DNA of 64,000 bases. Source: Iphione sp. A-MEVVRFRX5. Taxonomy: Eukaryota. A model generated the notes under the pieces. That model made no database searches and was not told the origin of the DNA. It saw only the letters and a list, made by a program, of their open reading frames with translations. The stretch's first letter is position 1. Each line of letters opens with the position of its first letter. A program made the position numbers and the translations under genes. The stretch covers positions 34,658,001-34,722,000 of the forward strand of contig OZ320313.1 of NCBI GenBank assembly GCA_976226885.1, given 5' to 3'. Shown here in pieces: positions 49,501-61,210 of this stretch.

Positions 49501-52500
49501 GAATCTGACTACGCTGTGAATGCTGCTGTCCGGCCATACCTATTGTTATTAAGGTCGGTGTCGTTAGAGAGACTGACGTAACTGTTTACCCTCCTACTTA
49601 CTGCGGTGACAGCTGCCGTGGGAGAAGCTCCCATATAACACCTTACGTCTGTTGTGCCGAAGTCACTTGGGAAATTAGAAAGGCTCTACATGACAGCGTT
49701 CGGGTTGGTCGGTAAAATGACGTGGCTGTAAGAGGCTAGACTATAGATTTGAGCTTAAATTTAAGTGACAGTATATACTCAGACAGGCAGATGGATGACA
49801 ACATAATATTTGTGGTATGAAATAATTTTGCATTTATATTATGAGAAGAAACGCAATTAAAATATAAAAAGGTAAAAATGTAAACTATTTATAGAAAAAA
49901 TGTATCTTCCTGAAGGCGCACTGCCTTAACAGAATCACATATTAACGTTGCAGTAGCCTGATGCGAGAGGAGATGGCAAGACGAAGTAATCAAGATGAAT
50001 TTCAAGAGGGAAAGACGTCTTGGGAGGACAAGATTTCAACATCGCCTCTACGCACGCCATATGATATGGGAAGTTCCGAAGTCTTGCTATGGCATCCAAT
50101 GCCCATTACTAGGGCACTTGACCATGGATATTTATGCGGAGCAGCGGCGCCTTCTGGTCATTTGTGGACATGGTTGGGCTTTAGTGGCTGGTAGCTGATA
50201 ACCATTAATGGAACAACACCCTGTTCGTGTCTAGCCAGGTGCTTAGACGCATTTTGGCCGTCGTGTTGCTAGCATTAGGTTGGGTGATTGGCTACTTTGG
50301 CTACTCTTTACCTACTGCTGACAATCCGGACTACTTTTGGAAACTATATGAAGCCGGAATCGTCTACCCAGCGTAATGCCTTCTTATGACAAAATACGTC
50401 GAAGCGTGCACTGAACGGCTTGTTTTGCTTACAACGTAGCAAGAAAGGCCTTTTCCTTCAATATCAAACATTTGATGCAAACAGTGAGCGCGTGACCACT
50501 CTCCCTTTTGCGATCCAAGAAAATCTGTGGCGTTATATCATATCAAGAGAACATTCCCGACAGTGTAGACTAATATTGAATTGATATCTGGGCTTGGATT
50601 AAATTATGCTGACACTTAGTGGACCTTTTCTTTTCAGTTTTGCTGGGTCAGCTGTATGTCTATTTTAATATGACACATCGAATACCCATTTTAGTTCAGT
50701 CCGACTCAGCAAAAAGGCCTTCTTTTTTGTCGTACCTGACTGTCAGAAGACGGCAGATGGAAGGATGTATGCTATGACAGACTCACCATATCCTCCTTAG
50801 ATAATATTCTATTCTGGGCGGGAAGATGGCCAATGCCAGTCTCATGACATTATACTGAGCAACGCACATAGCCTGTCAGCCAAACTAGGAGGAGGCGTCC
50901 TAGGTTCAACAGAGCAAACTTCTCATCCTAAGTTAATTCTTCACACACTTTGAAGGGCTGAAGGCTTTGGTGCAGATAGAGCATTAGCTCAAAAAGGAGC
51001 TCAGCAGGGCGTTGTGATATACAGGTGACATGGGACTCCGTCAGGAAGGGGCAGTGAGCTTAGGAGTGGCTGAGTGACGGGCACCCCTTGCGTCTATTTC
51101 CCTGATTGAATATACTTGACCCGAGGGTCTGGCCTGAGTCTATGCAATCAGAGGCTGGTGTTATCTACAGCCGAATATACGGTGCAAGCAACGCGTCCTT
51201 CCACGCACGCACACACTCACAGACATTCATAAAGATTCCATTTCCCTCAGTTGCCCACCGTCTGCAACCGCCCGGCACCGTCACCCTCATCTCTCTTTCA
51301 GTCTTTTACTGTCCCATCGTTCATGCGGACCTACATGCCGACATTTATGGTCTTTTTATTCTGGTCTGGTTGCTGTAATGTCACCCTGTTTGTCTGTCTG
51401 CTCTCGCTTCGCATCGTCATCATCTACAGGTAAACGCGTCAAATAGTCTCTTTCTAGATCCCTCTTCTCCAAAACGTGCACAGGCAAGTTATGCTTTTTG
51501 TCATTTGTCGCACACCGCTGACCCTCTCCCAAAGTTTCATATAACGATGCCAATTCGAATAACGACAAAAAATATAGAGACCACTCCTTCGCCAACCTCG
51601 TGATATCTTTTTTATAGACCTACTATGCCATCCCTAGCTCAAATCACAAGGTTACGCACCCACGTTCGTCCCACATACTGACAACGGAGCTATGGAGCCG
51701 GACATTTCCCACCTAATGAGTCAATACAACCACAGGGCCATTAACGCCTTGATAGCGCATTCATCGAGCACACCGACGAATCAACTGACCTAGACACGTC
51801 TTAATCATCCTATCACCCAGTGCTCTCTCACCCGACGGCTACCAAAGCAGCTTAGTGCCCTGTCCATCGCAGGCTGACTAAGAGGGTGCGACAGTACTTA
51901 TGATGAAATAATCTCGCGAGGAAACTACGTACTGATATTCAAAGAGAAAGGAGCTTCATTACTACATCGGCGGCCAGGTTTAGGCAGTCATCTTGTTTAC
52001 GGAGTGCTTCCTGGAACGCAATGGATTAATTCTCCATGATGGCATTCTCATGTGCACACGGCCCCCATGTTAAACAACACGTTTAAGTTCCTATCTAATT
52101 TCCTTTTTTTTAAAAAAAATCGAAGCTAATCTTCGAGGTGGTATAAGCTATGACATAATCCGTGTGAATTCTTTACCTTAGACCTGCTTTGTGAGCTGGC
52201 ATCCCCTACATAAGGCGAGCTTTGACCATGAGTGTTTTTATTTATTGTGCCCTGCTTACAGTAACAGACAGGCGCCCACCAGTACGTTTTTACCTAATTA
52301 TGGAACACAGTGATGCCTTCCGTTGTATTTGTGGCAGCCGGAAAATGTCACCATTCCCCTTCTTAAATGCATAGCTTCTCACTATGGGGCAAGTGCGCAG
52401 TCGCTTGTAGTATTCATGGAAATATTACAAATAAACCGTGTATAGTCATGAATCTCTCATCCGTAACGTAAGGGCCATTTTAAAATCGCACCACTCAAAA

Positions 52501-53047
52501 ACATTCAGGAACTCAGTATAGCTCCAGAACACGCAATGTGTCCTTGCCAATGATAATCATGTAATGAAGATGTGTTGAGTATGGATGTGTCAAAGTGCGT
52601 TTGATATTGCTGTATAGCACGAAGTATTTCCGGGAAGATGGAATCTGTGATGCAGGCTAAATCTTTCAACCAGCGTGTGAATTATGGGGCACTGATGGAA
52701 ATGCGTTTGCTTTAAGTCGGCACAAGCAGTGTGATAAATGGGGCGAGAGGATTGTCGAGCGACGGTAGACAGACCAACCCTTTAATAAATCAGCCAGTAT
52801 CCTTCCCTCCCTCTTTTCTCTATGTTCCATAATCTCTCTCCAATGCCGTGGATGCATATCAGTTTCCCCAAAAACGTTAAGAAGTACAGTCACATGTACT
52901 CTGATACTCGAGTGATTTCTCAATAGATATGTGCGTAGACCTTAGGGCGTGTATCGTGTGGCTTAAAAAGGAATTTTTAACTGTAAGGATATATCATCTT
53001 ATTATAATGATGGAAATGTTTTTCTTTACTATTCTTGGATCACTCAC

Positions 53048-53270
53048 CTGTTGGGGATGAAGCCAACATGAGGAGGCCGAGGACAGCGGCCAGTGTCCGA
53101 GGACCAACCAAAAACACAGCTGGCCACCTGCAAGGGGGTCTTCTCCCTTGGATCCTAGAAGCTGGACAAAACCTGGAGGAGGAGCAGGAAGTGGAGGAAG
53201 AGGAGGAGGAAGAGGAGGAAGAGAAGACGAAGGAGCAGCGGAAGGTGGATGTGCCCTGTGCCGTCCACAT
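53048..53270 (-). CDS. candidate first coding exon of a secreted or membrane protein (rest of gene not identified)
   Basis: ATG at 53270; 74 codons ending in a hydrophobic stretch (AVFLVGPRTLAAVLGLLMLASSPT), followed by a consensus donor CAG|GTGAGT (GT at 53047) in phase 1; CpG-rich region immediately upstream on the minus strand. Confidence 0.45.
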
Positions 53271-53299
53271 GTTCAGGTAAAGATCCTCTGGAGCGAGTT

Positions 53300-54600
53300 A
53301 CTTTCTTCGCTGAGTCCTATTGCTGCTTGCGAATGAGCGACTCAACAATGTCTGACTTTTTTGAGCTTCTCATCGAAGCGATGTGTATTTAGTCGTGCTG
53401 GTTAGGCAGACTGCACGATGTCGGTATCTTTCTGTCATGGAAATGCAACATTGGCGTAACGATGGCAGTTACCTGAATTTCAAACCGCACCATTTGTTGG
53501 CCTGTTGCTAGGAATTGCCTCTCTGTCCAATTCGAGTCAATCCAACGCACCTCCAATCAGTATAATTGCACGGAGGACTTAAGAGCAGCTGTTTAATTTA
53601 ATTGGAGCACGAGCTCAACGGCTGGCAGGTCTACGTGCCCACCGTCTGAGTAATGTTACTGTATTGATAACCAGACAAGAACAGCAGGAGCAGCAGCAGC
53701 TTGCACAGGAGTCTCGCGCCAGTCCTGTTTGTTGCACAGTCTTCTACCGCCTTCGCCGTACCCGGGACAGAGGCTGTTCTACCCACTCAAAGTCAGGCTA
53801 TATCGCCAAAACGCGCCTGCATGATGATCGAAACGTCAAGGCGGCCATACACCTCTGTTTGCCGGAAGTTCTCGCTTTTGTTCGGGGTGACCGTTGTGTT
53901 CAGACCTGAGCAGCAGCAAAGGTGGTGGGTTGACGCATGAGTGTATGCAGTTGGGTGTACCTGTCGGCGGTGCTAATGGTGGTGATGGTGGTGGCCGTGT
54001 GGTCCGGCTGGGTGGTCGGGATCGTGTCCAGTTTGAACGAGCCACTCTCACTCGAGGGATGTACCCGCCACCGCTGGCCGCCGCCACCGTCGCCTTCCGG
54101 CTGCATTCTGCGCCCCGTCACCCAGCCCTCCGCCGGCTGGCCCTCTCGGCCCCTCCCCCGCCTCCCTCCCTCAGTCCCGCCCACCGACCAGCCGGCTTTC
54201 TCTCTCCGCTCACACCTTGCCGTGACAACGTATGGCTGAAGCACGTAGCTCGGTCACACACTCAGGTGCTCCCACGTAGCGCTGGAGGCTCCCGCAGCTC
54301 GCTGTCTCTCCCTTTCTCCCTCGGGTCAGCTCCACTGACTATGACCCAACCGCCTGACTGCAAAAGCCTTTTCAGCAGTTAGCTTTTCTGACGCTGCCGC
54401 TCCAACCGCGTTTGCGATACGACTGAAAACAACGGCTGGTCGTCGTGCTCGGCGTCATCGTCGTTCAGGACTCGCCCGCATGACGCCGCTAGGCTCCTTT
54501 CTTTCTAGAGAGGCAGCCGATCACGGTCAGTCTTGTTGCACGAGCAGAACTAGGTAGAACCCAAGCCTTTCAAAGCGATCCGGTCGTATTGGGTGTTGGG
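53300..54600. promoter_or_regulatory. CpG-rich promoter / 5'UTR-like region
   Basis: High GC and CpG density compared with the flanks, with CCG/CCT-rich tracts; adjacent to the candidate exon at 53048-53270. Confidence 0.45.
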
Positions 54601-56100
54601 CTACTCATTCTACTTAATAAAAAGGACCTCGTATGAGTGGGGGTTCCTTTCACGCCTGTGTACAAGGGTCTGTGCATTAATGTCTCTAGTCTTCCCTATA
54701 GTATCGCAGTTTGAACTGGATGTCTAAAGAGAAAAATAAAGTAAAACAAACATGAGGCTCATACATGTATGCATATCTCTGCAATGTGCGGGTTCCACGA
54801 ACGTGCGTGTGTGCGTATCCGCTTGTCTGCAAGTCAATTCACATAGGTTACGTTTAGTTAGTTATTTTGAGTTGTTCTTGGTTGGGTGTTGATAATGATG
54901 TGAAATTAGGCTGTTTGCGTGTACTTGTATACGGACATGCGTGTTGCAGTCGCAATGTATACTTTATTTATGAGCTGTTCTAACATTCATATTTAAATGT
55001 TTCAGAGACTAAATGCTAAAAGTGATGTGATATACAGGCGTAAGATCCCAAACTACTAAACCAGTGTTGGGAAGCAGCACCACGTAAGCCGGTTCGAAGT
55101 TGCATCGGATGCTTTAGAAAGCCTAGAGCTAGTATTCTAAACGATTCCTAGAACATATGCGCTATGTTTGACTCAAGCCAGGTGTGTTTTTCACCCAGTA
55201 CGTACACCACTGTACAAATATGATGAGTGAGCATACATTATTCTTATCTTGAGGCAAGAAAAACTTGAAATTGCGTTTTGGGATTATCGTATTCTCGCAT
55301 TTTTCGAAATCCCAACGAAATTATCTGAAACGGCGATCGTCCGGTTTTTGAGTATTGACTGTATATATGATAAAAATGATGCTATATTGATATATTGTTT
55401 GCCTCTGCCATAGAGAAGTCAACTCGAAGTACAGTTCCAATGTTCCAATGACCTGTTCATTGTGTGCATTTGTAACCTTGCTGGCCTCGTATCATTACAT
55501 TTTAATGTTAGTGACAATTATGTCCATATTTACTTGTGGATTTAAAAACATGGTAAATTTGTAACATAATGGCGACGGTCAAGCTAGTTTCCCATGCTTT
55601 ATTGCATAACGGGATATGGCCCATTTCTCCTGTAAACTATATCTAAAATGGTGGTAACAGTGTCACAATATTTAGCTGAAAGAGACTTCAAGCACTTTGA
55701 TAAAGTTTCCTTTTGGGTTCATCAGCCAGTGTAAGTCAGATCTTGTTAACCGGTGTACTATCTTTTCCTACTAAAGTGCTCTGGATACTGGATATTTTGG
55801 TCACTGAAATCTCACCTCTGCATCCCTGGTGGGGAAAATTGGCATAATAGTCAAGTATTGGTTAATTATTATATTGAACATATGTCAATTCTAAACACTA
55901 CAGTAGCGCCTTCTGGTGAAAACATGCATAATAGTAAAGTGTGATAGAAATATATTTTAAATTCATATTTTAAATCATGTTTTTCATAGTGAACAAAATC
56001 GACAAAAATCAGAATCAAAATGAAAATTTCAAAAATCGTTTATTAAGCTCAAACCATATCTTACAGATGGAAAATTGTTGGAAAAGAGTGAAATATCAAA

Positions 56101-57653
56101 TTACTTGGAATTAAAAAGCTTCGTCCAAGTCCATCTACAACCCTTCTGGGAGGTCTGTGTCTTCTGTAGGAGTCCACAAAGGAAGTGGACTCCTTCCACA
56201 TCCCTGTTGTCCTCACAGTACCTCACCAGGAGATCCATTTATCCAGTGATCTCCTTCATGGTAACAGGAGGTGGTGGTATTTCCTCCTCCTCTGTGTCCT
56301 CCCTCACTTCAGGACCTCTCACCACAGCCAGTAGGGCATTATTGGTTAGTTCCCCTGAGGTATCTGCAGTGGAGTCCACTTCTGGGTACTCTTGGGTAGG
56401 CATCATCCCCTGTGACTCCTCAGGTGGCAGTGACTGCAGGAGGATTTGGAGTTCAGACAGGACCATGTTCTCCTCCTCCCCCTCCTCCCTCCCATTCTTC
56501 ACATATCTGGGTGTCCCAGGGAGGATGTCAGTGTGCCTCCAGCTGTTCTTGATGGTGGTTGGAGTAACTCCCTGCAGGCTTCATGCACCATGCAGATGGC
56601 CTTCCTCATGACAGATATCATGGGGTTGGCTTGCTCCACACACCCAAGGAAGTGCCTGACCAGCCACCCCTATACTGGGCCTTGAAGGAAGCAATGGTCT
56701 CAACATCCAGAGAACGGATGTGGGAAGTGGGTTGGGGGGCAGGTTCTTGATGGTGAAGTTAGGGAAGGTCTTAGATGTTCTGTGAATTCCAGCATTATCA
56801 CAGAGTAGTAGGGACTGGCGTCCCTGGGATCTGGCCTTAGTGTCCAGCAACTTAAAAAAATCCTCCCAGAGGAGGGATGTCATGCAGGCCTTGGTGTCAT
56901 GCCTGTAATGCACATACATCGCTGGATCCAATGTCTTAACAAAACATCTGGACCTTGCAACCTTTCCTATGATGAAAGGCCTGAGCTTGTCACTTCCACT
57001 TGCATTGCAGCCGAGGGCCATTGTAATTCTGTCTTTGGACTTCTTGCCTCCTTTGATAGCTCCAGTAGATAGGGTACATGTTGGCTTGAACTTATAAAAC
57101 AGCCCAGTTTCATCAACATTGTACACATCCTCTGGATAAAATCCCTCCAGCTCTTGGTGCACCTTCAAATGTCCATTGCATACAGCCAACTGGTCAGTGC
57201 TGCTGGACTCCCCATGTTGCCTGTACAACTTTATTTCATAGCATTCCTTGAAGTGGCTTATCCACCCTTTGCTATACAAGAAGTCTTGGATCTGGAGTTC
57301 ATCCCTGAGTTGCCTGGCTTTCTGAATGAGTATATCATCACTGACAGTTGTGCCTCTATCTCTGACATCCTGAAACCTTATCAATAATGTCTGTTCCAGC
57401 TTAGACAAGCAGGGGAGGGGGACCATGTACAACAGAACTTGGCCTTCTCAGACCCCAGGTTTAGCAAGTGCGCTGAATGCTTCAGGATGTCTGATGTGGT
57501 TGACCTGGCTAGAGCAAAGCCCCACTTGGACGAAAATGTCTGAGTTAGTGAAGGCTGCAAATATGTTGGGTGTGCCACTTTGTATTTACAGAGGTCCTTC
57601 ATCTGGGCATTGATTATGCAGATTCTTTTTCCTTTCAGGGTCAGCTGAGACAT
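56101..57653 (-). pseudogene. pogo/Tigger-family (CENP-B-like HTH + DDE_1) transposase pseudogene
   Basis: ATG in gccacaATG context at 57653. N-terminal HTH-like MSQLTLKGKRICIINAQMKDLCKYK...WGFALARSTTSDILK; Tc5-type HTH (LEQTLLIRFQDVRDRG..VSDDILIQKARQL..FLYSKGWISHFK..HGES); catalytic motifs VYNVDETGLFYK, KSKDRIT..CNASGSDKL, LLLCDNAGIH; then after frameshifts TSHIRSLDV..IASFKAQYR and VTPTTIKNSWRH; acidic C-terminus. Frameshifts near 57430, 56740 and 56690, and a premature stop at 56239. Confidence 0.93.
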
Positions 57654-58121
57654 TGTGGCTCCTCCAGTGCGAATGGTGCAGAACGACTGGAGGGTCCAGC
57701 TTATATCATCCTCCTGAGGCTGTAGCGACTTCAAGGGTTGACCAGACAGCACAATGACTAGAGGAAAACTCCCACAATATGCAACATCATCTATCCCTCA
57801 TAAACTTAATCTTTTGTTAAAGGAGGATGACAGGAGTTACTGTCTACTGATATTCATTTGATTATGGAATACAGCTCTATGCACCAGCACCACTGTGGGC
57901 ATCCTGTGTTGTCTGAGCAACCTGGCAATCACAGCAGTCACTCTAACACCAGGCTTATTACAGAGGTCCCTGGCCATTGTCTTGATGCTTTGTAATTCCC
58001 ACCTCGGTGAGATGTTGCCCATACATCTACGTCCAGGTACCTGTGATTATTTTGTATACAAATTAAAATGGCTTGAAATATGCTCTGGTTACGAATATGG
58101 GGTTCTGGCTACATAGTTCTA

Positions 58122-58690
58122 CAGTTGAACGTCCTGATTCCAGACATCCTTGGCTCTGCCTCAAATTGTCCGCATTTCAGATGTGTCTGCTTTATAGATC
58201 GTGACTAGCATATGACAAGTGTGTTTGTTAAAAGATGAGGAAAATACAGGAGTAAACTTATAACAGGTTAGAATCCTAAAAGTGGTTAATTTGACGAGAA
58301 GGAGTCCAAAAAGAGCTAAATTTGATGAGTAGGAGTCCTAAAAGTGCTTGAGGGTTTTTCATGTCTACCTTTGAAATGACATCTGGAGCCTCCCTGGACC
58401 CCCAAATTCGCACGACAGCACCTCGGCTACAGAGTTAATTCATCTTTACCTTTGAGAATGACTTCCGGAGCCTCCCTGAAGCCCAAAATTTACGCGACAA
58501 CACATTATACACATGTAATATGGGGGTCTGGGAGGTGTCCGTAGGGGGACGCCCTGTAAATTTAGCTGTCCGCATTCTAGACATTTGCTTATGATGGTAA
58601 TGTATGGGAACATAGTCAGTTCTGCTCTGAATTATCCGTATTTGGGAAGCATCCGCATCCCAGACGTGTCTGCGAGGGGATGTCCCGCTG
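58122..58690. mobile_element. degenerate TA-flanked MITE with internal 31-bp and ~80-bp repeats
   Basis: TA|CAGTTGAACGTCCTGATTCCAGACA versus reverse-complemented right TA|CAGCGGGACATCCCCTCGCAGACA (diverged); internal direct repeats at 58272-58349 and 58368/58448. Confidence 0.45.
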
Positions 58691-60479
58691 TATTTAAAAT
58701 AATGTATTTATAATGTAAAAAAGTTTTGTCCCGACCGTACATGGATTTTTTCTAAACGCAAATCAATCCAGCAAGAGTCAACTCCTTTTAACAGCAGACC
58801 AGGGTTGGCGATCAATCGCAATTGCAGGAGATATAATACATGCATACGATTAATTCCACCAATGTATGTATTCTCTTGGACCATTAAAAACTACAGGAAG
58901 GAATTATTGTATAATACTAAAAAGATTAGTACAGACTCCTGATGCCTCCTAGACCAAGCCACAGCAAAAATAATTTCAAATATCTCATTGAACCATGATC
59001 TCTACAAGAAAAAACAGCACCCTGGAGAATACATTTTGGTACATCTATTGGTGGAATCAGTCATATATGTGTATATAATATCTACAACTGATAATATGAG
59101 CTATAAAGATGGTATGTGAATCATCCTTCTCGTACGATATCTGTATTCCGTCGTGGGGTTTGTGTGGCTGGTGTATTACACTAAATAACAATATACAACA
59201 ACGATTTGGATAGCACTGAATGGAGCAATATTAAATGATAATATATTGCTATCGACAAAGTTATTCTCTAACAGATGACGGGTGACTATCACAGACAGAT
59301 GCTAAATGGAATGAAGGCCAGTGCCAAACTTGAGCTTGTATGTGTTTTTTTTCATCTCTGTTATGAAGCGCCCTGGACCAGCACAATTGGAAGAGGAATC
59401 TAATAAGCGGTCGAGATAACAGGATGCCAAAGTATCTCAGGGAGTATTCATTTCCTTTTCAATTTGATTTTTAATATTGATATATTTACCAGACGTTGAG
59501 AGAGTTTGATGGTTATAATATATGAATAGGTCATCGTTGCACATAAAGTTTGGATATAATTAAAATGCATACATCGAAGGACAGAGAATTCTCACACCAT
59601 CAGTGGGGGCATGTACCATCGAACTGTTCCATTTACAATGGGTGTATGAAGATATATACGTTATAGTACGTGTACACTGTCAGCCAACAATACCAAAGTT
59701 TTCGCACAATGCTGCACTGACCTAGATATTCGCTAGACTACTTAAGTTCAGCTCATAACATTGGAGAAAATTAATTCAAGCTCGGCCGTCTGCGGTAACA
59801 GAAAACCTTTCGGTTGTTTTTCTGTCTGCGCACGCTAAGCTTGGGTAGACGTCTGTTAAAGAGCAGAATAAGGCTGTGTGAATTGTTTGAAGTGTGGAGG
59901 AGGTAGCCGTTAGACAAATGCTGGAGGGAATGTTCTCACTTACCTGTCTATCTTGCTATACTTCCACGAACTACGAAAATCGTTGCAAGCCTTGATACTC
60001 CCTATACCGGAGACAAACCCTTGAATAGCATTTGAGGACACAATTGACACAGGGAATGTCTTTACAAATCGCCATGTGGTGCCACAACAATGACTATGAC
60101 GTGATAGAGGTCAGTGACAGTTGGACTATGTCAAAGTCGGGAACGCTTATATTTGTACTTCTGCTACTAACAGCAATAAAGCTATGATCACCAAGATATC
60201 ACAGGTTATAGCCAACATATATATCTAAAAGTATACCAAGGTGAAAGATAACGAATCCAGGGATTAATGAGGAACTGGTGTTCAAAGTTGTGGAATGAGA
60301 GAGATGTCAGCCACCTTGTTTATTTACGTTTTTTACCAATGGCAAAAAATCCGTCTGCAGTACCCGTCCTTTTAGTCTACGGCAGTCGGTTACTGTCGCA
60401 TGCGCTACGTCATTTTTGTTATCGCTATCCCTTCCCTTTTTTGAAAAAAGGAAAACATGTCTGTTAAAAAATATACAGT

Positions 60480-61210
60480 CTTTGTCCGCCTCCTCTCCCT
60501 CTCTTCCATATCCACTTTCCCTTTCTATTGGCGTCTTTAATTATTGCCTGTATCCTTTTCCCGTCCACATTCGTACTAATACTCTTCCTCCTTTTCCTAA
60601 CCTTTATCGACCCATGACGCCTACTTTTATGATGCTATCCCGTACATCCATCCTATTCACATATTCCTATTATCATATCCTTTTCCTCCCGATTGCTCCT
60701 GGCCCCAAATCACTGTCTCACGCCAGTCTCTCTCCCTCTCATTGTTCCTATCCTACCTCTCTATGAAGATTTTATTTCTTTACCACCCTTCTCCTTGTTT
60801 CTATACTCTCTGTCCTTCTCACAGCTGCTTTCTATCCCTGCCGATAGCGCCTATGCCTATCTCCTCTCTGTCAACCAATGTAGCCATTTTCTCTCTCCTT
60901 ACTTCTTGTTCTCTCCTTTCTATCCCCTCCCCATCTGGTATTTCTTCACTACTCTTTTTGGTTTTCACCTTGCTTCACTTTTCTCACTTTTTTCCTTCCT
61001 TATCCTGCTGGCCTTCCCTTTCCTTCCCTCTCCGATTTGATAATTTCTTACTATCGCTCTCCCTATATCCCCGAGCCTTGCCCACTCTTTTTTCTCTCCT
61101 CTTCTCACTCCTCGCACTCTCTTTGCCTCTGCTTTGTTGACTTGCTCTCTTCCTCCTTTTCTCCTCTATCATAATACGCCATGCTTGTCCCCCCTTCTCT
61201 CAGCCCCTCT
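60480..61210. repeat. C/T-rich low-complexity tract
   Basis: About 700 nt of pyrimidine-skewed sequence (ctcctctccctctcttcc...). Confidence 0.8.

Noticed and set aside
55062-55071. CAGTGTTGGG hAT-like terminus
   Set aside because: I found no matching inverted end or 8-bp TSD.
56075-56611. 178-aa plus-strand ORF (also 42343-42759 on the minus strand)
   Set aside because: These are antisense shadows of the acidic pogo C-termini and give Ser-rich, non-protein-like translations.
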